Shown here: piece by piece, positions 18,594 through 27,611 of the stretch
How positions within the stretch are numbered: the stretch's first letter is position 1
Layout of the letters: each line of letters begins with the position of its first letter
Virus record (IMG/VR): IMGVR_UViG_3300044846_002040
Span: 1 to 38,453 of that record
DNA length: 38,453 nucleotides
Reading direction: 5' to 3' (one strand)
Source: a virus
Taxonomy: Duplodnaviria; Caudoviricetes
Made by a program: the position numbers and the translations under genes
The notes under the pieces: model-generated
What the model saw: only the letters and a program-made list of their open reading frames with translations
The model's database searches: none
What the model was told of the DNA's origin: nothing

Positions 18594-19276
18594 TACTCAT
18601 TGTCCCATTTTGGATCATACATGTCTGGTGTGTGATATTTTTTACTGTAGTCTAACATTGTTACAATAGAATATTTTGTTCCAGAGTGAACGGGCATTGC
18701 CTGATGTGGATACATAAAATTAGAGGGGAATATATAAAGATCTCCAGCCTTTGGTTTAATATTTAAATTCTGCAATCTAAAATACAACTCTCCGCCATCG
18801 TAGTCATCATTAACATATGCAACTAAAGAAACTGTGCAATTATAAGAATACCCATGATCATGATGCTCTTTAAAATGTTGTTTTGGACCATACTTAATAA
18901 AATTAAAAGCCTCCCAATATTTTAATTTCATAATATTGTAGTCTCGTCTATAGTCTTCAACGGCTGCTGCCTGAGCATCGTAAACGTCTTGCCAGAGTTC
19001 CTGTAGTTTTAGTGAATCTTCACTTTTATCTTGTTCTATATCAGTTTTTTTAAATTTAAAATCTACACAATCTCTATAGTCAGGCATTAATTGTTGATAA
19101 CCTACGTATGCTGGCATCCAATGGTATGCTTTTCCTTCTGATGATAACTCTCCATACCCAGCAACAGAACCCAAAGTGCTTTCAAGTCTATTAATTACAT
19201 CAAATTCTTTTTTTATTACTCCACGATAGCAGGTTATTCCCTGTCCAAGACTTTCTTTTTCTGTCCATGTTTGCAT
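18593..19276 (-). CDS. 2OG-Fe(II) oxygenase, prolyl-4-hydroxylase-like
   Basis: HHD...YVNDDYDGGE...PKAG...HQA...KYS; paralogue of 20053-20766 (shared DCVDFK, EAFNF.KY, YNCTVS). Confidence 0.87.
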   Translation of the reverse strand: MQTWTEKESLGQGITCYRGVIKKEFDVINRLESTLGSVAGYGELSSEGKAYHWMPAYVGYQQLMPDYRDCVDFKFKKTDIEQDKSEDSLKLQELWQDVYDAQAAAVEDYRRDYNIMKLKYWEAFNFIKYGPKQHFKEHHDHGYSYNCTVSLVAYVNDDYDGGELYFRLQNLNIKPKAGDLYIFPSNFMYPHQAMPVHSGTKYSIVTMLDYSKKYHTPDMYDPKWDNE

Positions 19277-19285
19277 TTTATCCCC

Positions 19286-20053
19286 CTATTTATATTCTCT
19301 TTTTGTCCATACTTTACTTTTATATACCCCGCCGTCAGGCTGTCTATAAAAACTTGCATTATTTACCATTTTATCATACATTTCTGATTGATTTAAAATA
19401 TCAATTTCATGTTGCCAATCTTCTCTTTTAAATGGAAGAATTTGTAGATAAGGAGTTCCTGCAGGCAGGGTTCCTTCCCAACCATCTGCAATAAAAAATG
19501 GAAAACTACCTAAAAGATGAACTTTATCTGAATCTACAATACCAGTAGTATTTATAAAAGGTAAGTCAAATCTATTCATGGGCGTCATGAATAAAGCGCT
19601 ATAGCCTTCTGGTAGTTCTATTCCCCAATCTGGCATCCAAGCAAAATGGTTTTTATAAAATCCTTTAGGGTGTTCAAATTGTGGCATTGCTGGCCTTGCG
19701 CTACAAAAATCTTTAAACTTTATATCATCTACCTTAACATCAATTGTGCCTTTAGAATTTTTAAAAAATGTTAAGTCACATGGAGTTTTAAAAGTATATC
19801 CCGTCATAAATGCATCTAGAATTGCTGGACAAGCCTTCCAGGTTGGAATCTTGCCGTAATCATCTTTGGTTCCTGGCTTTGGAAAAGGACAAACCTCTTT
19901 TGGTGCTTTATAATATTCTCCATTTGGCATTTTTGCAAATCTATCTGCATCTTTATACCATTGGGGAATTATGTCTTGTGTTGGAACTGGAACAGAAATA
20001 CTTTTTTTATTTAACCAAGGTCTAAATGATCTAAACTTAACAACTAAAGACAC
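19286..20053 (-). CDS. DUF6065-related / degenerate dUTPase-fold-like protein
   Basis: PQWYK, K.CP..D...GY, PEGYSALF..P.NR, GIVDSD, GTPYLQILPFKR. Confidence 0.55.
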   Translation of the reverse strand: MSLVVKFRSFRPWLNKKSISVPVPTQDIIPQWYKDADRFAKMPNGEYYKAPKEVCPFPKPGTKDDYGKIPTWKACPAILDAFMTGYTFKTPCDLTFFKNSKGTIDVKVDDIKFKDFCSARPAMPQFEHPKGFYKNHFAWMPDWGIELPEGYSALFMTPMNRFDLPFINTTGIVDSDKVHLLGSFPFFIADGWEGTLPAGTPYLQILPFKREDWQHEIDILNQSEMYDKMVNNASFYRQPDGGVYKSKVWTKREYK

Positions 20054-20766
20054 TACTTATGTCCTAATTCATTGATGTCCGTCATAACTACAACACAATA
20101 TTTTGCTCCATTTTTCATTGGCAAAGATGCATGTTCGTAAATATAGTTAGATGGACAAAGCAAGATATCCCCTATTTTTGGAGTATGAGTATAGTTATTA
20201 AATCTTGGAAATCTAATCTCTCCACCTTCATAATCATCATTAATATATATTACTGCAGAAACTGTACAATTATATGCTGGTCCATGATCTGCGTGGATAT
20301 TAAAGTGTTTACCTTCACCCTCATATTTTACAAAATTAAACGCTTCATAATATACTATATGTATTCCCCAATATTTTGCATAATCATCAACACAAAACTT
20401 TAATTTTTGATATATTTCTTCATGTAGATCAAGAAGTTCCGCATTATGCTCATTCCTTAAACCTAAATTTTCTTTTTTATATTTAAAATCAACACAATCT
20501 CTTGCTTTTTTTATTGGTTTTTCTGAGTTTGTAACTGTTGCATCTGACCACTTATATTTACCGCCACTATTTAAATTAGATTCAAGTATTTTTATATATC
20601 TTTCAGAATCTTCTTTTGAAAATACATTTCTGTATAAATTTATACCCAATTCTGGATTTTCAACTACAATATTATTTCCTATAGTTTTTACTGGATATCT
20701 ATTTGTTGATGTTTCTGATCTATCTTTAGTAAACCATGGTATTTGATTTTCATCTTCATATATCAT
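20053..20766 (-). CDS. 2OG-Fe(II) oxygenase, prolyl-4-hydroxylase-like
   Basis: HAD...YINDDYEGGE...PKIG...HAS...KY; start likely ATG 20766 with SD GGAGAT. Confidence 0.87.
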   Translation of the reverse strand: MIYEDENQIPWFTKDRSETSTNRYPVKTIGNNIVVENPELGINLYRNVFSKEDSERYIKILESNLNSGGKYKWSDATVTNSEKPIKKARDCVDFKYKKENLGLRNEHNAELLDLHEEIYQKLKFCVDDYAKYWGIHIVYYEAFNFVKYEGEGKHFNIHADHGPAYNCTVSAVIYINDDYEGGEIRFPRFNNYTHTPKIGDILLCPSNYIYEHASLPMKNGAKYCVVVMTDINELGHK

Positions 20767-20826
20767 ATAAATTATCTCCGTCTCTTTATTATATTGTATC
20801 ATAAAAAAATGTTTTATTTATTAAAC

Positions 20827-20878
20827 AATAAAAGTAATAAAAAATATTTAATTTATATTATTTTTTATTACTTTTATT
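20827..20878. repeat. Perfect 20-bp AT-rich inverted repeat, 12-nt spacer
   Basis: AATAAAAGTAATAAAAAATA (20827-20846) / TATTTTTTATTACTTTTATT (20859-20878). Confidence 0.9.
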
Positions 20879-20928
20879 ATTTTTTTATTTGTTTAAAAAA
20901 AGATTAACCAAACATAATGTTACTGTTC

Positions 20929-21732
20929 TTACTGGAATATAATGTTACCGCCACCGAAACCTGGGAAGAACGGGAAGAATGGTGGGAAGAACGGGAAGAA
21001 TGGTGGGAAGAATGGGAAGAACGGTGGGAAGAATGGGAAGAACGGGAAGAATGGTGGGAAGAACGGGAAGAATGGTGGGAAGAACGGGAAGAATGGTGGG
21101 AAGAATGGGAAGAACGGTGGGAAGAATGGTGGAAAAAATGGAGGAGTAGTTACACTACCTGATGCATTTGAGGTTCCTGAGTTACCATTATCGTTAGTTG
21201 CATAAACTGTATAAGTTTGTGAAGTATTTGCTTCTTGAGTAACATTAACACTTGTTGTTCCTGAACCTACTGTAGCGCCTTTTCCATCAGAAGATGCCCA
21301 AGTATATCCAGTAATTGCTTTACCACCATTTGCAGGGGCAGTCCAAGAAACATTATCATTCAATGCTGAAGTTGTTACGCTTGGTGCAGAAGGTGTTGCT
21401 GGTACTGTAGTTGCTGTAATAGAGTTAGAGGCAGATGAATCAAGTGATGAACCTGATAGGTTATTTCCTTTAACGGTAAATGTATAAGATGTATTGGATT
21501 GCAATCCTTCAATTGTTATAGGTGAAGAAGAGCCAGTTGCTGTATAACCACCTGGTGATGATGTAACTGTAAAAGATGTTGCTGGCGCTCCTGCTCCTTC
21601 AGAAAAGGTTACAGTGGCAGCACCGTTGTTAAATGCACGAGATGTTCCCACATCAGTTGCTGTTCCAATTGTTGGGATGCCAGGAGCACCCTTCGCAGAG
21701 GAACTAATGGTGCCCAGAATATCTGTTGCCAT
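20929..21732 (-). CDS. Tandem fibronectin type III protein with Pro/Phe-only C-terminal repeat tail
   Basis: Two FN3-like units (PGIPTIGTA...GLQSNTSYTFTV; PATPSAP..VSWTAPANGG...YTVYATNDNG) then 61 residues of only P/F. Confidence 0.85.
   Translation of the reverse strand: MATDILGTISSSAKGAPGIPTIGTATDVGTSRAFNNGAATVTFSEGAGAPATSFTVTSSPGGYTATGSSSPITIEGLQSNTSYTFTVKGNNLSGSSLDSSASNSITATTVPATPSAPSVTTSALNDNVSWTAPANGGKAITGYTWASSDGKGATVGSGTTSVNVTQEANTSQTYTVYATNDNGNSGTSNASGSVTTPPFFPPFFPPFFPFFPPFFPFFPPFFPFFPPFFPFFPFFPPFFPFFPPFFPFFPPFFPFFPGFGGGNIIFQ
20962..21144 (-). repeat. Coding tandem repeat, mainly 21-nt units encoding PPFFPFF
   Basis: 61 codons: 27 Pro + 34 Phe as 17 FF dipeptides; Pro codons vary synonymously (CCA/CCG/CCT). 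Confidence 0.95.
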
Positions 21733-21761
21733 TAACCTACCCTTTCCGTTCTTTAATTAAA

Positions 21762-23858
21762 CTAACTAATATCTCCTACAACGTACCAAACATCTGAACC
21801 TTCATATACGCATGTTGCTGAAGAATACTGAGCACGAAGTTTTGGAGCAGTAGCGGTTGCACCAGTGCTTCTAATAGTAACTCCAGAGCCTTGTGCAAAA
21901 GTAACTTGGCCTGCACCTTTTTGAAGAACAGTTATCTGTGATCCAGTTGCGTAAGCAACATCACCTGATGGTGGAATAGTAACTGTAATTGCTGAACCAT
22001 TAGAGGCTGTTACAACTTTTCCAGCATCACCTAAAACAAGTGTGTATGTTGTTCCAGTTTGAGCATTAAGTCCTAGATTAATTTTAGGGGCTGTTAAAGT
22101 TTTGTTTGTTAAGGTTTCTGCTACATCTTTTAACAATGTACCGTTTAGATAAAGTGATTTTCCAGATGCTAAATTAATATGCTCGGAAGATGTCCAAGCG
22201 TCTGTAGCGTCAACCCAGTTAAAGGTTTTATCAGTTGCGCCTTTAAGTGTAATACCACCGCCATCTGCTGTTGTGTCAGTTGGTGATGTTACATCTCCAA
22301 GGATTATATTCTTGTCTTCAACAACTAAATTAGTTGAGTTAATGTTTGTTGTAGTTCCACTTACAGTCAAATCTCCACTAAGTGTTAAATTTGCTGCAGA
22401 TACTGTTCCTGTAAATGTTGGATCTGCTAAAGGTGCTTTGGCAGCAAGATCTGTAGTTAATCCAGAAATTTTAGACTGAGCAATTGCTGCAGAGGCATTA
22501 ATATCTCCATCAACAATAGTTCCATCAGTAATCATTGTGCTTGTAACTGTTCCAGTGTCTCCAGTAGTAACAAAGTTAGAATCTGAAAGAGCAGTATTAA
22601 ATTCGGCTGTTGTTCCGCTTACAGTATTTGTTGCTAAAGAAATAGATTTGTTAGAAAATGTATTTGTTGATGTTGCGCTAACTGTAATATCGGTTGTAAA
22701 AGCAATTGTTCCTGAAGCATCTGGAATTGTAATTGTTCTGTCAGCAGTTGGATCTACAACAGTTAATGTGGTTTCAAAATCATTTGGTGTAGAACCTTCA
22801 AGAACAATGCTTCCATCGGTAATTTGTAGATTGCTTACTAGTGGACTTGTTAGTGTTTTGTTGGTAAGGGTTTGTGTAGCAGTATCAACAACAAGTGTTC
22901 CTGCTGCATCAGGGAATGAAATAGTTATATCAGAGGTTGGATCTCCCGCAGCAAGAGTAAGTTCATGATCGTTTGCTGTAGTACCTTCAAAAACAACTGA
23001 TGTACTTAGTACTCCAACAGAAGTAATATCTGAAAGGTTGCCAGTTGTAATTACTGTACCAGTTACGTCTGGAAGTGTAATAGTACGATCTGCTGTTGGG
23101 TCTTGTGCTTGCACAGTAGTTTCAAATTCATTTGGTGTTGCACCCTCAAATATAATTTGACCAGAAAATACTCCAGTATTAGTAATATCGGACATATTTC
23201 CAGTTGTAATTACTGTACCGCTAGCATCTGGGAAAGTAATTACACGATCTTCAGTTGGATCTCCTGCAGAAAGTGTTAATTCAAAATCATTTGGAGTAGT
23301 TCCTTCCATTGTAATGGTTGAACTAAATATTCCAAGGGCTGTAATATCTGAAAGGTTGCCAGTTGTAATTACTGTACCAGTTACGTCAGGGATTGTAACT
23401 GTACGGTCTGCGGTTGGATCTGTAAATTGAAGAGTAGTTTCAAATGCATTTGCTGTCGCACCTTCCACAACAATTGAACTATCTGAAATTATAAGTCCTG
23501 AAATTGATGGACCTTGTAAAGTTTTATTTGTAAGTGTTTCATGTGTATCACGAAGAACAAGTTGTCCACTTGCATTTGGAATTGTAATTGTGCGATCTTC
23601 GGTTGGATCTTCTACTGATAAAGTAGTTTCATAAGAGTCGGCGGTAGCGCCTTCAAAAGTAATGCTTGTACCAAAAGCAGGATTTGCAGTTGAGTTGGCA
23701 TCAATAAAATAGTCTATGTCTGCCCAGTGATTTGTTCCATCACCAATTTTAAATTTATTTGTGTCTGACTCCCACCCCATTTCACCAGCATTTAATACTG
23801 GATTTGCTGATGTCCATTGAGCCGCAGTACCTCTGCGTTGCTGCATTCTGGTTGCCAT
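21762..23858 (-). CDS. Tail fibre protein with Mtd-N-like N-terminus and six internal repeats
   Basis: RMQQRRGTAAQWTSANPVL..GEMGWESDT.KFKIGDG; 6x EG.T...ET.L...DPT.DR.IT.P; C-terminal KLRAQYSSA...WYVVGDI; promoter TGTTATAAT 23885-23893. Confidence 0.8.
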   Translation of the reverse strand: MATRMQQRRGTAAQWTSANPVLNAGEMGWESDTNKFKIGDGTNHWADIDYFIDANSTANPAFGTSITFEGATADSYETTLSVEDPTEDRTITIPNASGQLVLRDTHETLTNKTLQGPSISGLIISDSSIVVEGATANAFETTLQFTDPTADRTVTIPDVTGTVITTGNLSDITALGIFSSTITMEGTTPNDFELTLSAGDPTEDRVITFPDASGTVITTGNMSDITNTGVFSGQIIFEGATPNEFETTVQAQDPTADRTITLPDVTGTVITTGNLSDITSVGVLSTSVVFEGTTANDHELTLAAGDPTSDITISFPDAAGTLVVDTATQTLTNKTLTSPLVSNLQITDGSIVLEGSTPNDFETTLTVVDPTADRTITIPDASGTIAFTTDITVSATSTNTFSNKSISLATNTVSGTTAEFNTALSDSNFVTTGDTGTVTSTMITDGTIVDGDINASAAIAQSKISGLTTDLAAKAPLADPTFTGTVSAANLTLSGDLTVSGTTTNINSTNLVVEDKNIILGDVTSPTDTTADGGGITLKGATDKTFNWVDATDAWTSSEHINLASGKSLYLNGTLLKDVAETLTNKTLTAPKINLGLNAQTGTTYTLVLGDAGKVVTASNGSAITVTIPPSGDVAYATGSQITVLQKGAGQVTFAQGSGVTIRSTGATATAPKLRAQYSSATCVYEGSDVWYVVGDIS
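23023..23387. repeat. Exact 47-bp direct repeat inside tail fibre gene (23023-23069, 23341-23387)
   Basis: GTAATATCTGAAAGGTTGCCAGTTGTAATTACTGTACCAGTTACGTC twice, 318 bp apart. Confidence 0.9.
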
Positions 23859-23898
23859 TTATTACTCCTTTGGTGTATGTATATATTATAACAGATAA

Positions 23899-24351
23899 TT
23901 AATTAAAATTATCAACAGCCGTTCCACCATCATATGTTGCTTCAAATGATGCTGTATTATATAGCCCACCACTTACAAGAACTCCTGGCTCGTTGTATGC
24001 TCCACCACTAATAAAAGTACTTACGATTAAACCATTTCCGTCAATTGCTGTATCATGAATGTGATCTTGAAGTGATTCTGCATCTTCTAATGTTGCAATT
24101 GCAAGCCATTCACCACTGTAGTAAACATGTACACGTTCTGTTAATGTATCAAACCATAAATTTCCATTTGCTGGAGTTGCTGGCTTTGTTGTTCCAATTG
24201 TTGGGGTTCCAACTGCTGTATCTACATATAGTTTTGTTGCTGCATGTGCATTTTGAGTAGGTGTGGCAACTGTAACAGTTCCTCCAAAAGTACCGCCTTC
24301 GGCAACGTTAATGCCGTGCTTTACTCTAAAGTCCTTATTTACGGTTGCCAC
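23899..24351 (-). CDS. Minor tail/fibre-associated protein
   Basis: N-terminus MATVNKDFRVK shared with upstream fibre; AATKLYVD and GNLWFDT fibre motifs; GTG start, SD GAGG. Confidence 0.65.
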   Translation of the reverse strand: MATVNKDFRVKHGINVAEGGTFGGTVTVATPTQNAHAATKLYVDTAVGTPTIGTTKPATPANGNLWFDTLTERVHVYYSGEWLAIATLEDAESLQDHIHDTAIDGNGLIVSTFISGGAYNEPGVLVSGGLYNTASFEATYDGGTAVDNFN

Positions 24352-24370
24352 TTCCGACCTCTATTTCTAT

Positions 24371-26497
24371 TTATGCTTCGATATAAGTTTTGCTTACTTT
24401 AACAGCAGTATCTGCTGATGCACCAGTTACCTGAAGAAGAACGTTTCCACTGCTGTAAACAGCGTTAGTTGTTCCTAGTTCAGCATTGCTGATTACATCT
24501 GCATACTCTGTTAAGTAAACGGAATTGTTTCCATCAACTGTAACAAGTAATTCAATTACTTCAATATCATTACCCTTTTTCATTTGTACGATATATTTAG
24601 CACTTGAGTATGTAGTTGCTGACCATGTATCAATTGTTGTTGCTGAAGTTGAAGCGGTAGCAAGAGCAGATCCAAGAAGAACATCTGGAAGAGCAATACT
24701 TGTAGCAGTTGCTGCACCAAGAGTTGGTGTAGTAAAGGTTGGACTGTTAGTAAATGCTACTGTTCCAGATCCTGCTTCATCAGTTAATGCTGATGCAAGG
24801 TTTGCAGAAGATGGAGTTGCAAGGAATGTTGCCACGCCTTCTCCAAGACCTGAAATACCAGTTGCTACTGGAAGACCAGTTGCATTTGTTAAAGTTGCTG
24901 CTGATGGAGTTCCAAGATCAGGAGTTGTTAATGTTGGTGATGTTAGTGTCTTGTTTGTAAGGGTTTGTGTACCTGTTAATGTTACTACAGTTGAATCAAT
25001 ATCAAGAGTGTTTCCAGTCTTGTCTAATCCTGTACCCGCAACAATTTGTCCTAAACCAGTAAACTGAGTAAAGGTAAGTGCTGTAGTTCCAACTGTGATT
25101 GCACCATTATTGGTTAATGTATAACCTTGATCAGCGTTTACAGTTCCTTGTTCTACGAATACTGCAAAGTTTGCAGTAACTTCTGCACCTGAATCTGCAT
25201 CAGTTGAACGATCTGGGGCACCAGATGCCTTAACAACGTAGATACCGTTTTCTGAACCAGTTGACTGATCTTTAACAAGAACACGATCTCCAGTAGCAAG
25301 AGTTACGCCATCAAGGACATCTCCATTTTCAAGATCAGAAGCAAGTGTTACGTTAGCAGTTGTTGCTGCTCGTACAGATGCTTTCCAGTCAATACCTTGT
25401 GCTGCTGAGTCTACATAAGACTTTGTTGCTGCATCTGTTGCATCTGTAGGAGTTCCAAGACCTGTAATCTTGTTTGTACCCATTGCGATTGCGCCAGACA
25501 TTGTTCCACCAGCAAGTGCTAACTTAGCAGCAAGATCTGTTGTAAGATTTGCAATCTTAGACTGAGCGATTGCAGCAGCAGAATTAATGTCTGCATCTAC
25601 AATTGTGTCATTAGCAATCTTTGCTGAGGTTACTGCACCGTCTGCAATTTTTGCTGTTTCTACAGAGTCTGCAGCAAGTTTACCAGCAGTTACGTTAGCA
25701 TCTGTAATCTTTGCTGTGGTTACTGCGCCATCTGCAAGTTTGCCAGTGGTTACGTTTAGGTCTGTAATCTTTGCTGTGGTTACTGCACTATCTGCAATCT
25801 CTGCTGTATTTACAGCACTATCTGCAATCTTAGCATTTGTAACTGAGTTTGCAGCAAGTTTTGCATCTGTTACGTTAGCATCAAGAATCTTTGCAGTTGT
25901 AACTGAGTCTGCAGCCAACTTTGCTGCTGTTACGTTTGAGTCTGTAATCTTTGCAGTTGTAACTGAGTCTGCAGCAAGTTTTGCTTCTGTTACGTTAGCA
26001 TCTGTAATTTTTGCTGTAGTTACTGAATCTGTAGCAAGTTTTGCTGCAGTTACGTTTGCATCTGTAATTTTTACGGTAGTTACTGAATCTGAAGCAAGCA
26101 TTGTTGCTGTAACTGTACCAGTATCACCAGATGTAACTACGGTACCTGTTACGTTAGGAAGTGTAATTGTACGATCTGCTGTTGGGTCTGCAACTGTAAG
26201 AGTTGTCTCGTAGTCATCTGCTGTTGCGCCTTCAAACACAATGCTTGATTCAAAAACACCAACTGCTGCTGGTGCTTTCCAGGCAATTCCATTTGTTGCA
26301 TTTGAGTCTGCAGTAAGAACATAGTTATCGGTTCCAACGGCGAGACGAGTTACTGCGTCTGCAGCAGATGCTACTAGTAAATCACCTTTTGCGTCTACTA
26401 ATGCTTCTGTTAATATATCGTGAGAGTTAACGGTCGCAGTTGATCCTTCAACTACCAGTCCCGCTTTTACTCTAAAATCTTTTGTTACGGTTGCCAT
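24371..26497 (-). CDS. Long tail fibre/virion protein with decamer repeat shaft
   Basis: 708 aa; AKGDLL module, VTxAK repeats, DAATKSYVD, GDRVLVKDQ...ENGIY module; SD AAGGAG. Confidence 0.8.
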   Translation of the reverse strand: MATVTKDFRVKAGLVVEGSTATVNSHDILTEALVDAKGDLLVASAADAVTRLAVGTDNYVLTADSNATNGIAWKAPAAVGVFESSIVFEGATADDYETTLTVADPTADRTITLPNVTGTVVTSGDTGTVTATMLASDSVTTVKITDANVTAAKLATDSVTTAKITDANVTEAKLAADSVTTAKITDSNVTAAKLAADSVTTAKILDANVTDAKLAANSVTNAKIADSAVNTAEIADSAVTTAKITDLNVTTGKLADGAVTTAKITDANVTAGKLAADSVETAKIADGAVTSAKIANDTIVDADINSAAAIAQSKIANLTTDLAAKLALAGGTMSGAIAMGTNKITGLGTPTDATDAATKSYVDSAAQGIDWKASVRAATTANVTLASDLENGDVLDGVTLATGDRVLVKDQSTGSENGIYVVKASGAPDRSTDADSGAEVTANFAVFVEQGTVNADQGYTLTNNGAITVGTTALTFTQFTGLGQIVAGTGLDKTGNTLDIDSTVVTLTGTQTLTNKTLTSPTLTTPDLGTPSAATLTNATGLPVATGISGLGEGVATFLATPSSANLASALTDEAGSGTVAFTNSPTFTTPTLGAATATSIALPDVLLGSALATASTSATTIDTWSATTYSSAKYIVQMKKGNDIEVIELLVTVDGNNSVYLTEYADVISNAELGTTNAVYSSGNVLLQVTGASADTAVKVSKTYIEA
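25604..26113 (-). repeat. 17 x 30-nt coding repeat (VTTAKITDAN / VTAAKLAADS alternation)
   Basis: Counted in translation and visible in DNA. Confidence 0.88.
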
Positions 26498-26512
26498 CTT
26501 TTATCTCCTTGG

Positions 26513-26959
26513 TTAAGCCTTTAATCCCATACGCATGTAGCGTAGAGTTATAGGGGTTTGTCCTCCCACTGGAACAACAGTTAGTGAAACTGTATCTCCA
26601 GCCCGTGAAACAGAGATGGTGCCAATATTCCCATCGTTGTCTATCGTTGCATATTCTGTAACTGAAACACCTGTTCCATCTACAAGAATATTCATCTCTG
26701 TGGCGTAATATTTATTTGCGCCTCCAGAAGTCTTTTTAATTGAGATTACATATCTCATTGATCTAAATTCGCTTGCTAAAAAGTTGTCAAATACTGTTGA
26801 ATTTTCAATGCCATTAATTGTTGATTCGTTATTTCCAGAACTACCCAAATCTGTTGCTTGTGCTGACAGGGTGTCAATTAAATCAACATAGTTTTCCTGG
26901 GTTGGTCTATCTCCAGTTTGAAATAATGCTTTTACTGCTGAGAGCGATACTTTAGCCAT
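26513..26959 (-). CDS. Virion structural protein (leaderless)
   Basis: FQTGDRPT..Y.DLID N-terminus; C-terminal domain similar to C-terminus of 24371-26497; TGATATAAT 26966-26974 ends 6 nt before ATG. Confidence 0.65.
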   Translation of the reverse strand: MAKVSLSAVKALFQTGDRPTQENYVDLIDTLSAQATDLGSSGNNESTINGIENSTVFDNFLASEFRSMRYVISIKKTSGGANKYYATEMNILVDGTGVSVTEYATIDNDGNIGTISVSRAGDTVSLTVVPVGGQTPITLRYMRMGLKA

Positions 26960-26979
26960 ATAGGAATTATATCATATTA

Positions 26980-27201
26980 TTAAAGAATATAGTTATTAAT
27001 TCCAATAATTTGAAGTCCAATTCCAGGTACTCCAGAATATGGAGAAGGTATTCCAATTGTAGTAAATCTAATTCTAAAAGGTAAAATTTCACTAATTTTT
27101 ATTCCAGTGTTTATTGGAATAATTTTAGCAACTGCGTAATCTACTGACTCAATCTTTTTGGTTCTTTGTGTAGTTTCATCAATAATTATTGCTAAAGCCA
27201 T
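26980..27201 (-). CDS. Small hypothetical (probably structural) protein
   Basis: 73 aa; TAATG coupling. Confidence 0.65.
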   Translation of the reverse strand: MALAIIIDETTQRTKKIESVDYAVAKIIPINTGIKISEILPFRIRFTTIGIPSPYSGVPGIGLQIIGINNYIL

Positions 27202-27611
27202 TACGACTCGCTATTTGTTACATCTTCAATAATTATCATTGTTCCTCTGGCTACCGTCCAAACCCTACTCTCATCACTTAATTCAATATCAAAGATATCG
27301 CCAGTCTCTAGCATTGTTGAATCATTTGCACTTAGTGAAACTGTAAACTCTCCGTCTAAATCTGTTTCTGTTGGAGAAGGTGCTAATTCTACAATTAACT
27401 CTGCATCATCTGTAAACTCTCCTGGTTTAGTATTTGGTCTTTTAATTTCCATTGCAATGTTCCAGTCTTCAATAACTAATGGATCTTTATTGTCGTCTGT
27501 TACATATACTCTAAATGCTGCAGTGTCTCCTCTAACTACCGTCCAAGTTACGGTAGGTGGTGTTAAGCCAACAGAATAAGAACTTTGTTGTTGTGATCTC
27601 AGTATTGCCAT
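27201..27611 (-). CDS. BppU-N-like baseplate/adaptor protein
   Basis: WTVVRGDTAAF motif, paralogous to 32773-33126 and 33977-34378; start ATG 27611 via TAATG overlap. Confidence 0.55.
   Translation of the reverse strand: MAILRSQQQSSYSVGLTPPTVTWTVVRGDTAAFRVYVTDDNKDPLVIEDWNIAMEIKRPNTKPGEFTDDAELIVELAPSPTETDLDGEFTVSLSANDSTMLETGDIFDIELSDESRVWTVARGTMIIIEDVTNSES

Noticed and set aside
20917-21205. Plus-strand ORFs encoding WEERE and GKNGKNG repeats
   Set aside because: Antisense shadows of the Pro/Phe repeat. There is no SD, and the minus-strand frame carries FN3 domains and fits the operon.
21762-23858. Diversity-generating retroelement suggested by the Mtd-N-like domain and 47-bp repeat
   Set aside because: No reverse transcriptase in the window; the repeat copies are identical and internal, with no adenine-specific mismatches.
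22273-26337. Long plus-strand ORFs (22537-22968, 24525-25067, 25587-26213) and small off-frame ORFs
   Set aside because: Antisense or off-frame shadows caused by codon bias in Ala/Thr-rich fibre genes; no SD or domain signal.
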